The translations under genes and the position numbers were made by a program. This document shows positions 50,568 to 60,304 of a stretch of DNA of 64,000 nt, piece after piece. Under the pieces are notes generated by a model. It ran no database searches, was not told the origin of the DNA, and saw nothing but the letters and a program-made list of their open reading frames with translations. Each line of letters begins with the position of its first letter. Position 1 is the first letter of the stretch. Origin of the DNA: Terriglobia bacterium (GTDB taxonomy: Bacteria > Acidobacteriota > UBA6911); assembly GCA_020072565.1 (NCBI GenBank), contig JAIQGI010000023.1, positions 33,929-97,928 on the forward strand, read 5' to 3'.

Positions 50568-51143
50568 GTGTACGATGACGACCTGACCCTCCTGGACGAA
50601 TCGATCCGCCGTTTGAAGGTTGAGTACGATATCTTCTTCGTCGGCAACCGCAAGAGGGCTCCCGACGACCTGCGAATGCGCGTTGAAAAGCTGGTCAAGC
50701 GGCTGGCCGAGGCCGTCGACATGAGCTTTTCCCAACGATTCCGGTATAATACCTTGATCGCGCGCTTCTATGTCTACCGCGATCTGTGGCGGCGCACCCA
50801 GCAGGAGCGCGAATCTGCAGAAGGGCTCCAGGATGTTCCGGGACCCTCCTCATCCTCCGATACACAGGCCGATTCCTCGCACCGACGAGTTCAGATCTCG
50901 ATCAGCGATCCTAAGGCTGAAGCAGACAAAGTACGACACTTGTACGACGAGTTGCTTCGCATGAGGGGAGATCATACGAAGGAGTCGCCCAGCATCTCCT
51001 ACCAGCAGTTCGCAAGCTACATTGCGAACCAGACACAGGGCATCAAAAAGAAGTATCAATGCGCGAGCGTCACTTTCCGGATTGCACTTGAGGAAAAAAC
51101 ACTCAAATTCACGGCCAAGGCGGACAACAGCGCGTCAGGCTGA
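50568..51143 (+). CDS. Hypothetical protein
   Basis: 191-aa ORF with GTG start and no signal peptide or recognised family ([30 protein letters not shown]..). Its 3' end overlaps the convergent csp gene by 9 nt. Confidence 0.45.
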   Translation: MYDDDLTLLDESIRRLKVEYDIFFVGNRKRAPDDLRMRVEKLVKRLAEAVDMSFSQRFRYNTLIARFYVYRDLWRRTQQERESAEGLQDVPGPSSSSDTQADSSHRRVQISISDPKAEADKVRHLYDELLRMRGDHTKESPSISYQQFASYIANQTQGIKKKYQCASVTFRIALEEKTLKFTAKADNSASG

Positions 51144-51380
51144 AGCTTGTTGCTGTTGCTGCTGCTGTTGCGATTCCAGCCTTACCACATTTTCTGCTTG
51201 GGGGCCGCGAGGCCCCATTTTGATGTCGAACTCGACGGCTTCACCCTCCCGTAGAGTTTTGTATCCCTTCTCGCGAATCGCACTGTAATGAACGAAGACA
51301 TCAGCTCCGGAATTCTGTGAGATGAATCCGTAGCCTTTTGTATTATTGAACCATTTCACTGTGCCGGTGATTCTGGCCAT
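51135..51380 (-). CDS. csp: Cold-shock protein (CspA family) with C-terminal poly-glutamine extension
   Basis: [28 protein letters not shown].. followed by ..[13 protein letters not shown], encoded by a CAA/CAG tract at 51147-51171. Confidence 0.85.
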   Translation of the reverse strand: MARITGTVKWFNNTKGYGFISQNSGADVFVHYSAIREKGYKTLREGEAVEFDIKMGPRGPQAENVVRLESQQQQQQQQASA

Positions 51381-51777
51381 GCTTCCCCTCCTAACGCCGC
51401 AATCGCAGACGACAGGGCCCAAATCACCCTAAGTCCGCCGGACATTAGAGATCTTAATGTGCAATTACCAATTTTGATCCAGCCTATTAGAGGCTATTCG
51501 CCATTGTCAAGGGGAAAAATGTACTTTTATTCCCCCCGGTGGATCGTATACTATCCGCTGCGATTGAAAGGGCAATCCAAAAATGTCAGGCGGCGGGACG
51601 ATGCGCGCCAATCAGCGATGGCGCCGTCATCGAGAATGGCTCCGCCTGCTACAATCACGCCGGCGTCGCAAGCCGGACTTGGGGAGCCGGCGCGCAACCT
51701 CCGGAATCAAATTTCACCGATCCAGGGTTGGCGATAAAGATGTCACAAATTAGTATTCTCTAATTAAGGAGGCTGCC

Positions 51778-53276
51778 TTGATTTCGATCCGACGTGCACT
51801 GGTGAGCGTCTCTGATAAGACGGGCCTTGCGGAGTTGGCACGCTATCTGCACGACAGCAACGTGGAGCTGCTGTCAACCGGCGGAACCGCCAAATTCTTG
51901 CGAGGTCAGGGAATTCCGGTGGTCGAGGTGTCGGACTATACCGGTTTTCCGGAGATTCTCGATGGCCGCGTGAAGACGCTCCATCCCAGGATCCATGGCG
52001 GGCTGCTCGCGATCCGCAGCAGCGCGTCGCACCTGGAACAGATGCGGGTGCAGGGTATCCAGCCGATCGACTTGGTTGTGGTGAACCTCTACCCGTTCCG
52101 CGAAGCCGCCGCCAGGGAGGGCTCGAGGTTCCCGGAGGTCGTGGAACAGATCGATATCGGCGGACCCAGCATGATACGGTCTGCCGCCAAGAACAGCGAC
52201 TCCGTCGCCGTTCTGACCGATCCGCGTGATTACCCATGGATTCTTCAGGAGTTGAAGGCACACAACTGCAGCCTGGGCGCCGCCACCAGGTTCATTCTCG
52301 CCCAGAAAGCTTTTGCTCATACCGCGTCATACGACGGTGTCATTGCGGCCTATTTCTCTGAAAGGATATGGTCGGCGCAAGGTCCCGTGAAGGCCGGACA
52401 GGGCTTGCCACCCCTTGATATCCTTGCCTTGCAGAAGGTCAAGGATCTCCGCTATGGAGAGAATCCTCATCAGCGAGCCGCGCTTTACGAGCGGATTTCA
52501 CAGTCGCGTACCGGGGTCGCGGGAGCCGACGTACTCCAGGGGAAAGAGCTCAGTTACAACAACTTGCTTGACTCCGACGCAGCCTGGGGCCTGGTGTGCG
52601 AGTTCGACCGGACAGCGGCCGTCATCATTAAGCACACCAATCCTTGCGGAGTGGCTCAGGCCGACGGCCTTCGTGATGCCTACGTCATGGCCCGCGAGTG
52701 CGATCCCGTCTCCGCCTTCGGCTCGGTCGTGGCCTTCAACCGCAAGCTGGAGGACGATGTTGCCAAAGAGATTGCGGCCACCTTTGTCGAGGTCGTGCTC
52801 GCCCCGGACTTTTCCGAAAAGGCACTGGAATTACTCCAGACCAAGAAAAACCTGCGGCTCTTGCGCATGCCGCCACAGGCTCCTGCGCCGCTGGAGCACC
52901 GCGAAATCCGCGGCGGATTCCTGGTGCAGGATCGGGATCTCCATTCATGTTCGGCTGGCGCGTGGTAAAGCACGTCAAGTCGAACGCCATCGTCCTCTGC
53001 GACACCACGCGCACACTCGGCGTCGGTGCCGGACAAATGAGCCGCGTGGACTCCGTAAGGCTGGCAGCTCAACGCGCGGTGCTGCCGCTGCCTGGATGCG
53101 TCATGGCCTCGGACGCTTTTTTCCCGTTTCCGGATGGAATTATCACCGCGGCCGGGTATGGAGTGAAGGCAATCATCGAGCCGGGTGGGTCTGTGAAAGA
53201 TGCCGAGGCGATCGAAGCCGCAGATGCCCACGACATGGCAATGGTCTTCACCGGCATCCGCCATTTCCGGCATTGA
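51778..53276 (+). pseudogene. purH: purH (bifunctional AICAR transformylase / IMP cyclohydrolase) interrupted by a frameshift and apparent internal deletion
   Basis: Frame A 51778..52968 encodes MISIRRALVSVSDKTG.. through ..GGFLVQDRD and then terminates. The PurH C-terminus (..[41 protein letters not shown]) continues in the +1 frame from about 52947 to 53276. About 25 residues normally found between the ..LVQDRD.. and ..W[KR]V.KHVKSNAI.. blocks are missing. Confidence 0.6.
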
Positions 53277-53313
53277 GGGATACAATTTCAATTCCTTAGC
53301 GGGGAGAGACCCG

Positions 53314-54078
53314 ATGCTCATGGTCCTCGATGTGGGGAATACGAATACCGTCCTGGGTGTATACCGGCAGGATGAGCTTCTTCATTGCTGGCGCCTGGCC
53401 ACGGAGCGCGATCGAACTGCAGACGAGTGGGGGATTCTGCTGCGCACGCTTTTCAATCTGGGCGAAATCTCGACGGGAGCCGTTTCGGCCATTGTGATCT
53501 CTTCTGTGGTGCCGCCGTCCTGCCCTGCCCTGGAAGAAATGGCCTTGAGGTACTTTGGAATTCAGCCGCTGTTCATCGATCCCACTATGGACATGGGCAT
53601 GCCGGTGCGCTATCACCCTCCTGAGGATGTGGGCGCGGATCGGATCGTCAACGCGGTGGCGGCCTACGAACAATTTGGCGGTCCTGCCATCGTGGTGGAT
53701 TTCGGCACCGCAACCACGTTTGACGCAATCTCGGATCATGGCGAGTATCTCGGGGGCGTGATTGCTCCCGGTATCGGAATCTCCGCCGAGGCGCTCTTTC
53801 TGAAGGCCGCACGCCTGCCGCGGGTCGAGGTGCGGCAGCCGCGCAAGGTCATAGGCGATTCAACGGTCGGCAGTATCCAGTCTGGCCTGTATTGGGGGTA
53901 CGCCGGGCTGGTGGACGGAATTCTGCGGCGCATGAAAGAGGAACTCGAAGGAGCACATGTGGTCTCGACCGGCGGACTTGCTGAACTGATTTCCCCGGCA
54001 TGCGAGGAAATCGATTCCGTGGACAAGAACCTCACCCTGGAGGGAATGCGCCTGATTTACCAGCGTCTGAAGAAATGA
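53314..54078 (+). CDS. coaX: Type III pantothenate kinase
   Basis: MLMVLDVGNTNTVLGVY.. N-terminus; ..DFGTATTFD.. ; ..GGLA.. Confidence 0.9.
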   Translation: MLMVLDVGNTNTVLGVYRQDELLHCWRLATERDRTADEWGILLRTLFNLGEISTGAVSAIVISSVVPPSCPALEEMALRYFGIQPLFIDPTMDMGMPVRYHPPEDVGADRIVNAVAAYEQFGGPAIVVDFGTATTFDAISDHGEYLGGVIAPGIGISAEALFLKAARLPRVEVRQPRKVIGDSTVGSIQSGLYWGYAGLVDGILRRMKEELEGAHVVSTGGLAELISPACEEIDSVDKNLTLEGMRLIYQRLKK

Positions 54079-54271
54079 CTTCGGAAGGAGTCAGGAGTCA
54101 AAATAGAGGAACCGATTCCCGTCAATGTCCGCAAAAGGCACATGTCGCCAGAATCCCCTTTGGCATTGGCCGGGGCTTGCATTCAGTCCACGGAATAAAC
54201 TGCAATTCGCTCTCTCCTGACTTCTGACTCCTGACTTCTTGTTTCATAATAGGGCCGACACATTTTTCGCC

Positions 54272-55012
54272 ATGAACTACTACAACTACTTCACCGAGAT
54301 CGAAGAACATTTCGTCCGGCGACGGGGCAGGCACCTTTTCGTCTCCCCCATGGACTGGAGTCTGATCGCCACCTGGCGTGATTCCGGGGTGCCGCTGCAC
54401 GTCGCTTTGCGTGGCATTGACCGGGCCATGGACGGTTTTTTCGCCAAGCAATCGCGCAGCGATTCGAGAGTCAGCACCCTGTTTTACTGTCACGCGAGCG
54501 TGATGGAAGAGTATGCACGCCACCTGGACTCGCATCTGGGTGAGGAGCCGGCAGAACGGGCCGGCACCGCAGCCGACGCTCCACGGGCGCCATCGGAAGA
54601 GTTGGAGGGACCGGACAAGAAGACCATTCTCGAGTTCCTCGCGGCAAGAATTGCGGAAATAAAAGCGCTGTCCGGGAAACAATCTATAGGGCAAGGCGCG
54701 TCGGGAGAAGGAATCGACAGGGTCGTGCGGCGCCTCGAGGAGATCACACGCGACCTCGAAACGGAGAACCAGGTGGATTTCGAAGCGCTGGATCGGGACC
54801 TGGCCATTCTTGACGAGACGCTCGTCGGGGAGTTGCACGCCACGATAGCAGCGGAGCAGATTGCGGCGTGGGAGCTGGAGGCCAGGAAGGAGTTGAAGAT
54901 CTACCGCAAGAAACTGCCCAAGGAGACCTACGAAAAGATTCTGGAGAACTTCCTGCGCACGAAGATCCACCGGTATTTCGCGGTGGGCGAGTTAAGCCTC
55001 TTTCACATGTAG
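54272..55012 (+). CDS. Conserved hypothetical protein
   Basis: ORF 54239..55012; likely start MNYYNYFTEIEEHF.. No signal peptide; acidic and coiled-coil-rich C-terminal half. No family assigned from sequence alone. Confidence 0.45.
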   Translation: MNYYNYFTEIEEHFVRRRGRHLFVSPMDWSLIATWRDSGVPLHVALRGIDRAMDGFFAKQSRSDSRVSTLFYCHASVMEEYARHLDSHLGEEPAERAGTAADAPRAPSEELEGPDKKTILEFLAARIAEIKALSGKQSIGQGASGEGIDRVVRRLEEITRDLETENQVDFEALDRDLAILDETLVGELHATIAAEQIAAWELEARKELKIYRKKLPKETYEKILENFLRTKIHRYFAVGELSLFHM

Positions 55013-55109
55013 GCTGAGTCTTGCCGGGACCGGGCGCCAGCCGAAGCTCTGGCTCTCAGGTTAAGTTGGAGGGGCCGCACACCCGGCTGGATCGGATGGA
55101 ATCACAGTC

Positions 55110-56342
55110 ATGAAACGCAACGATCGCACTGCCGCTGCCTCCGAGCGCTTTGAGCTGGAGATTGAAAAACTCGTCTTCGGAGGCGACGGATTAGGGCGGC
55201 ACAAAGGTAAGGTAGTCTTCGTCCCCTTCACCGTTCCGGGTGATCGGGTCGAAGTCCGCCCCGTCGAGCGCAAGAAGGGTTTCATCCGCGCCGCGGTCAC
55301 GCGGATATTGCAGCCGGGACCGGGACGACGCGACCCTTGCTGCCCGCATTTCGGAAAGTGTGGCGGCTGTCAGTGGCAATGCCTGGACTATGCCCTCCAG
55401 GTCGAGACAAAGCGGAAAATCCTCGAAGAGCTGTTTCACCACCACTTCCCCGAAACCAGGAAGCTGCTGATCTCCATGACGGCCTGTCCGGAGCCGTTCG
55501 GCTACCGATCTCGCGCCCGACTGCAGTTGCGCGGCGCCGGGGCGCAGTCGGTGGTCGGGTTTTTTCGCCACCGCTCGCACACCGTCGAGGACGTGAGCGT
55601 GTGCCCACTGCTGCAGACGCCACTCAATGAAGCATTGGACAGTGCGCGCAGCGCTCATCGAGAAGGGCGTTTCGGGTCGGGGGAGAAGGAGCTGGAGCTC
55701 GCATGCGCCGGGGATGGAAGATGGGTTTGGGCAGAGGCCGGGCCGGCGGAGCCTGCTGCCGGAGAGCTGCCTGAGGATGTTCTCTTGAGGCAGGTCGGTG
55801 AATTCGTCTACGCCTCGGCCGCCTCCGTCTTTTTCCAGGCGAACGGCTTTATGCTTGGCGAGCTGATCGCGGCGGTGCGGGATCTGGCGGAACGAGGAAA
55901 ATCTGCGCTGGATCTCTTTTCGGGGGTCGGTTTCTTCTCACTCCCACTGGCCCGGTGTTATCACAACGTCGTCTCTGTGGAATCCAGCCCATATGCCCAC
56001 CGTCTCTCCGTCAGAAACGCCTTGAGCGCCCGCCTCGAAAATATCCAGGCGGTGTGCGCCGATGTGCGGGATTGGGTGCACGCCATCGGTTCGGTCTCGG
56101 CGCCCGCATTTGACCTGATTCTGCTGGATCCTCCCCGCACCGGAGCGGGGCTGGAGGTCATGAAACGTCTTGCGGAGTGGGTGCCTGAAACCGTCGTCTA
56201 CGTCTCCTGTGATCCACAGACATTGATCAGAGATCTGGCCGGGCTGCCTGCGCGCGACTATCGGATTGATTCCATCGCAGGCCTGGACATGTTTCCCCAG
56301 ACTTTCCACTGCGAATCAGTCGTGCGCCTGAGACGCCGCTGA
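55110..56342 (+). CDS. rlmD: TRAM-domain class I SAM-dependent RNA (uracil-5-)-methyltransferase, RlmD/RumA family
   Basis: N-terminal TRAM (..GDGLGRHKGKVVFVPFTVPGDRVEV..), Fe-S Cys cluster (C..CPHFGKCGGCQ), and a C-terminal methyltransferase fold (..DLFSGVGFFSLPLA.., ..DPPRTG..). Confidence 0.8.
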   Translation: MKRNDRTAAASERFELEIEKLVFGGDGLGRHKGKVVFVPFTVPGDRVEVRPVERKKGFIRAAVTRILQPGPGRRDPCCPHFGKCGGCQWQCLDYALQVETKRKILEELFHHHFPETRKLLISMTACPEPFGYRSRARLQLRGAGAQSVVGFFRHRSHTVEDVSVCPLLQTPLNEALDSARSAHREGRFGSGEKELELACAGDGRWVWAEAGPAEPAAGELPEDVLLRQVGEFVYASAASVFFQANGFMLGELIAAVRDLAERGKSALDLFSGVGFFSLPLARCYHNVVSVESSPYAHRLSVRNALSARLENIQAVCADVRDWVHAIGSVSAPAFDLILLDPPRTGAGLEVMKRLAEWVPETVVYVSCDPQTLIRDLAGLPARDYRIDSIAGLDMFPQTFHCESVVRLRRR

Positions 56343-56458
56343 CTCATTCGCCTTGGAGTGCGGCAGCCTGCCGGCGCCTTTGCCCCGGCGCAGGCGCGAT
56401 GGCTTGGACGTGAATGCCTGCCAACGCGTAAGCAAGCTTGCGCGCGCCAAGGATTGTT

Positions 56459-59143
56459 ATGCCGGGTCACTGGGGAGAAGTGCCATTCGCGGCATTGACG
56501 GCATGCCTGGCCGGTGGGATCGCGGCTTCAACCCTGCTCCTCCAATACAGCTTTGCAGCGCTGGCACTCGCCACGGGCACCTTCATCTGCGCGGCGTTCC
56601 TCGCTTTCGTCAGGGGCCGGTTGAACCTGTGCCTGGGTCTGGTGCTGTGCGCACTCGCGCTGGACGGGCTCCTGCTCGGGTTGGCAGACCGGGACGGATA
56701 TGCCCGCGACGACGTGCGCTCCTTGCTGTCGTGCGGGTCCCTTCAGCCCGGTGAACAGGTCATGCTCGATGCCTGCGTGCTCGAGGATAGCTTCCAGCGC
56801 GGTCCGGACGTGGTAACGACCATCGAACTGCGCGGCTTGCGCCGCAAGGATGTGTGGATCACCGCCAGGGGCAGAGTGCAGCTCAGGGTCGCTGTGCCCG
56901 ACGATCCACAAGTTCCCGGAGCAGCGCTGATCTATGGCGACAGGGTGCGGGCCTGGGCCGAATGCGACCTGCCGCGAAATTTTCAGAATCCGGGTTCGCC
57001 CGATCGTGTCAGCCTGCTGGCACGGCGCGGGATTCATCTCCTGGCCCGGGTTAAATCGCCTCGGCTGCTCGAAATCCTGCCCCGGGACTTCGGTACCCCC
57101 TGGGATCGTGCCACCGCGGCGGTGCGGCGCTCTCTCCATCGGCAACTCCTGAGATTGGGGCAGGAGGGAAATCCGCAGAGGGCGGCTGTCCTGTCCAGCA
57201 TCGTTCTCGGTGATTACGTGGAGCTTTCCGGCGAGACGCGCGCCCAGTTTCAAAACGCCGGGACCTATCATGTCCTGGTGGTATCCGGCCTGCATGTGAG
57301 CACAATCGCCTGGATCCTCATTCAGCTGTTTCGGCTCCTGCAGGTGCCCGCCGCCGGCGCGCGGCTGCTGGCTGCATCCGGTATCCTGTTTTTTACTTGC
57401 CTGGTAGGCTTTCAGGCCAGCATCACGCGGGCGCTCTGGATGTTCACGCTGTACCTGATCGGCCAGAGCCTCTTTCGCCGGTCATCCCCGGCAAACATCG
57501 TCCTCGCTTGCGCGTTTCTGCTGCTGTGCGCGCGTCCCGGATGGCTCCAGGACGCCGGATTCCAGCTGTCTTTCCTTTCGGTCACGGCCATTGTCTTGAT
57601 GGGGCTGCCCGCCATTGAGCGGGCGCTGCGTCCGCTGTTGGACCCTATGCGACATGCCGGCGACCCCGAAAGGTTGCACCTGCAGACGGGGAAATGGCAG
57701 TCGCAGGGGCGCCGCCTGCGGTTTCGGGCCGAAGTGCTCGCAGAAGCCTGCGCCGACCGGTTTCATCCGAGGCTGGAGCGGGTTATGCGGGCTTCGTTCC
57801 GGGCGGCCGCCACCATCGGATTCATGATCGGGAGCATGCTTTTGATATCGATCTCCGTGCAGGTCTGGCTCGAGCCGGTGCTTGCTTATTATTTCAACCG
57901 GTTGAGTTGGGTGGCACCAGCAGCAAACCTGGCGGTGGTTCCCCTCTCTTCTCTGGTGCTGGCGGCGGGCATTGCTGCCGAAGCGCTAACGAGTGTGGCG
58001 CCCTCGGCGTGGCCGGCTTTCCGTATTGCCGGCATGTCTGCTTCGCTGCTGCTGGACGCCAACCGCTGGTTCTCTGCGCTCCCGGGTGCATGGCTGCGTT
58101 GCCCGACTCCATCGGGTCTCTGGGTTTTCGCAGGATTCCTCCTGGTTTTTCTGTGGTGCTTCCTCCGGTGGCGCCATTTGTGGATTGCCTGCGCGTTCGT
58201 GGGATTAGAGATCGCCGGCTTGTCACTGGCCGAATTGAGGATCCTGCCTCCAGCCGGCATCGCTCTGCTCCCGACTTCGCGTGGCGCGGGCCGCGCCGGA
58301 AATGCCCCCCTGCTCCGGTTGTCCTTTCTCGATGTCGGCCAGGGCGATTCCATGGTCATCCAGTTCCCCGACGCACGCGTCTGGGTCATCGATGCCGGCG
58401 GGCTTCGCGTGGACGCTACCAAACTTGAAGATGCGAACCCTTTCGATATCGGTGAAGCCGTCGTCAGCCGGTTTCTGTGGTCACGATGGATTGTAGCCCT
58501 GGATCAGGCTGTCTTGACGCATCCACACCAGGATCATGCCGGAGGCATGCCGGTACTGTTACAGAACTTTCCTGCAGGCCGCCTGGGCTACGGGGATGCC
58601 GGCGATGAACCGGTTCAGGCGCGTGTTCTTGAAGCAGCGCACGCGGCCCGGGTGCCCATTCGCGCCATCACGGCAGGAGAAGAGTACCACCTGGCAGGCG
58701 TGGTCGTGCGCACTTTGAACCCTCCGGCAGGCAGACCTGCCCGCTCTCTGAACGATGTTTCTGCGGTCATGCGCCTGGAGTTCGGCCGCTTCTCCGCGCT
58801 GCTGGCCGGAGATCTGGAGGGATCCGGCGAAGCGGTAGTCCTGTCGGGCGCAGCAGAGTTGCACAGCCTTCTGCTGAAAGTCGCACACCATGGCAGCCGC
58901 AGCGCCACGCTCGATCGTTTTCTCGATCGCGTGCGGCCCCGTTGGGCCGTGATTTCCGCAGGACGGAAAAACCCATTCCAGAATCCGTCCCGGGAAACGC
59001 TGCTTCGTCTCCTGCGCCATGGAGCAAGGCCGCTGCTCACGATGGACCAGGGCGGCATTTTCCTGGAAACCGACGGCACCCGATACACCCTGAGCAGCTA
59101 CGCCCTTGGGGTCCTGGAACAAGGTGTTCTGGAAAGCGATTGA
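56459..59143 (+). CDS. comEC: DNA internalisation competence protein ComEC/Rec2 with C-terminal metallo-beta-lactamase domain
   Basis: Polytopic membrane core, then ..LSFLDVGQGDSMVIQFPD..VIDAGG.. and ..LTHPHQDHAGG.. MBL motifs. Confidence 0.8.
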   Translation: MPGHWGEVPFAALTACLAGGIAASTLLLQYSFAALALATGTFICAAFLAFVRGRLNLCLGLVLCALALDGLLLGLADRDGYARDDVRSLLSCGSLQPGEQVMLDACVLEDSFQRGPDVVTTIELRGLRRKDVWITARGRVQLRVAVPDDPQVPGAALIYGDRVRAWAECDLPRNFQNPGSPDRVSLLARRGIHLLARVKSPRLLEILPRDFGTPWDRATAAVRRSLHRQLLRLGQEGNPQRAAVLSSIVLGDYVELSGETRAQFQNAGTYHVLVVSGLHVSTIAWILIQLFRLLQVPAAGARLLAASGILFFTCLVGFQASITRALWMFTLYLIGQSLFRRSSPANIVLACAFLLLCARPGWLQDAGFQLSFLSVTAIVLMGLPAIERALRPLLDPMRHAGDPERLHLQTGKWQSQGRRLRFRAEVLAEACADRFHPRLERVMRASFRAAATIGFMIGSMLLISISVQVWLEPVLAYYFNRLSWVAPAANLAVVPLSSLVLAAGIAAEALTSVAPSAWPAFRIAGMSASLLLDANRWFSALPGAWLRCPTPSGLWVFAGFLLVFLWCFLRWRHLWIACAFVGLEIAGLSLAELRILPPAGIALLPTSRGAGRAGNAPLLRLSFLDVGQGDSMVIQFPDARVWVIDAGGLRVDATKLEDANPFDIGEAVVSRFLWSRWIVALDQAVLTHPHQDHAGGMPVLLQNFPAGRLGYGDAGDEPVQARVLEAAHAARVPIRAITAGEEYHLAGVVVRTLNPPAGRPARSLNDVSAVMRLEFGRFSALLAGDLEGSGEAVVLSGAAELHSLLLKVAHHGSRSATLDRFLDRVRPRWAVISAGRKNPFQNPSRETLLRLLRHGARPLLTMDQGGIFLETDGTRYTLSSYALGVLEQGVLESD

Positions 59144-59185
59144 CGACTGAAAAACGAGTGATGAGTTTTTTGATCGCCAAGCGTG

Positions 59186-60178
59186 TCAGGCTTTATACGC
59201 TATGACGGCCTGCATGTATTGGGCGCGCTCGAACGACGAGGGGTCGGCACAATTCTTCTGGCTCATGCTGCCCTGCAGCTGGCTCACCGATTCGTATTCG
59301 TGATTCTTCATCCACTCGATCATGCCTTTCTCGATCTCGCGGATATGTTCGATGCCGTGACGCAGCAGCACGGAGCAAAGCTGGGCGACATTTGCTCCCG
59401 CCAGCAGGACCTTCAGGACATCATCGGAACTGTGGATTCCGCTGGTAGCCGCGAGATCGGCCTTGATCCGGCCGTACAGGATGGCAACCCAGCGCAGCGG
59501 CAGGCGGAGCGCCTGTGGTGTGCTCAACAACACATTGGGACGGATCTCGAGATTGTCGAGATCCATGTCCGGCTGGTAGAAACGATTGAAAAGAACCAGG
59601 GCATCGGCTCCCGCATCATCGAAGCGCCTGGCCATGTGCGCCATGCTGCTGAAAAACGGGCTCAACTTGAGCGCCACGGGGATGCTGACCACAAACTTGA
59701 CCGCCTTGAGAATGTCTACATAGGTCTGTTCGATCACGGCCGAGGATTGCGCCGGGTCGGTGGGAATGAAATAGACATTGAGCTCGAGCGCATCGGCGCC
59801 GGCCTCCTCGATCTTCTTGGCATAGTCGACCCAACCGCCGATCGAACTGCCGTTGAGGCTGGCAATGATCGGGATGCCGACTGCCTTCTTGGCCTTGCGG
59901 ATCTTTTCGAGATAACCCTCCGGGCCTGCGCGATACGCCTCGGGTGCAGGGAAGTAGGTTAGAGATTCGGCGAAGCTCTCGGTTCCGTGCGTGAGGTGGT
60001 AATCGAGGGCCTCTCGCTCCCGCGTCAACTGCTCTTCAAACAGGGAATAGAGAACCACTGCCGAGGCGCCGGCGTCTTCCATGCGCCTGAGATTATCAAG
60101 GGTGTCCGAAAGAGGCGAAGCGGAAGGCACGAGCGGGGTCCGCAGATTCATGCCCAGATATCGAGTGCGCAGGTCCAT
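59186..60178 (-). CDS. Dihydroorotate dehydrogenase-like (PyrD family) TIM-barrel flavoprotein
   Basis: MDLRTRYLGMNLRTPLVPSASPL.., ..IIASLNGSS.., ..NVYF.., ..LSPFF.. family blocks. Confidence 0.65.
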   Translation of the reverse strand: MDLRTRYLGMNLRTPLVPSASPLSDTLDNLRRMEDAGASAVVLYSLFEEQLTREREALDYHLTHGTESFAESLTYFPAPEAYRAGPEGYLEKIRKAKKAVGIPIIASLNGSSIGGWVDYAKKIEEAGADALELNVYFIPTDPAQSSAVIEQTYVDILKAVKFVVSIPVALKLSPFFSSMAHMARRFDDAGADALVLFNRFYQPDMDLDNLEIRPNVLLSTPQALRLPLRWVAILYGRIKADLAATSGIHSSDDVLKVLLAGANVAQLCSVLLRHGIEHIREIEKGMIEWMKNHEYESVSQLQGSMSQKNCADPSSFERAQYMQAVIAYKA

Positions 60179-60304
60179 ATTCTCTCCTTTATCTGCTCAA
60201 ATATTGCTTCAACACTATGAAGTGTCGCTTCTCATTCTCAAGGCCGCAACCCCGGCATTATACCTTTGATATTGGATTTCGTCTCGCACAACCAGACCCG
60301 GGAG

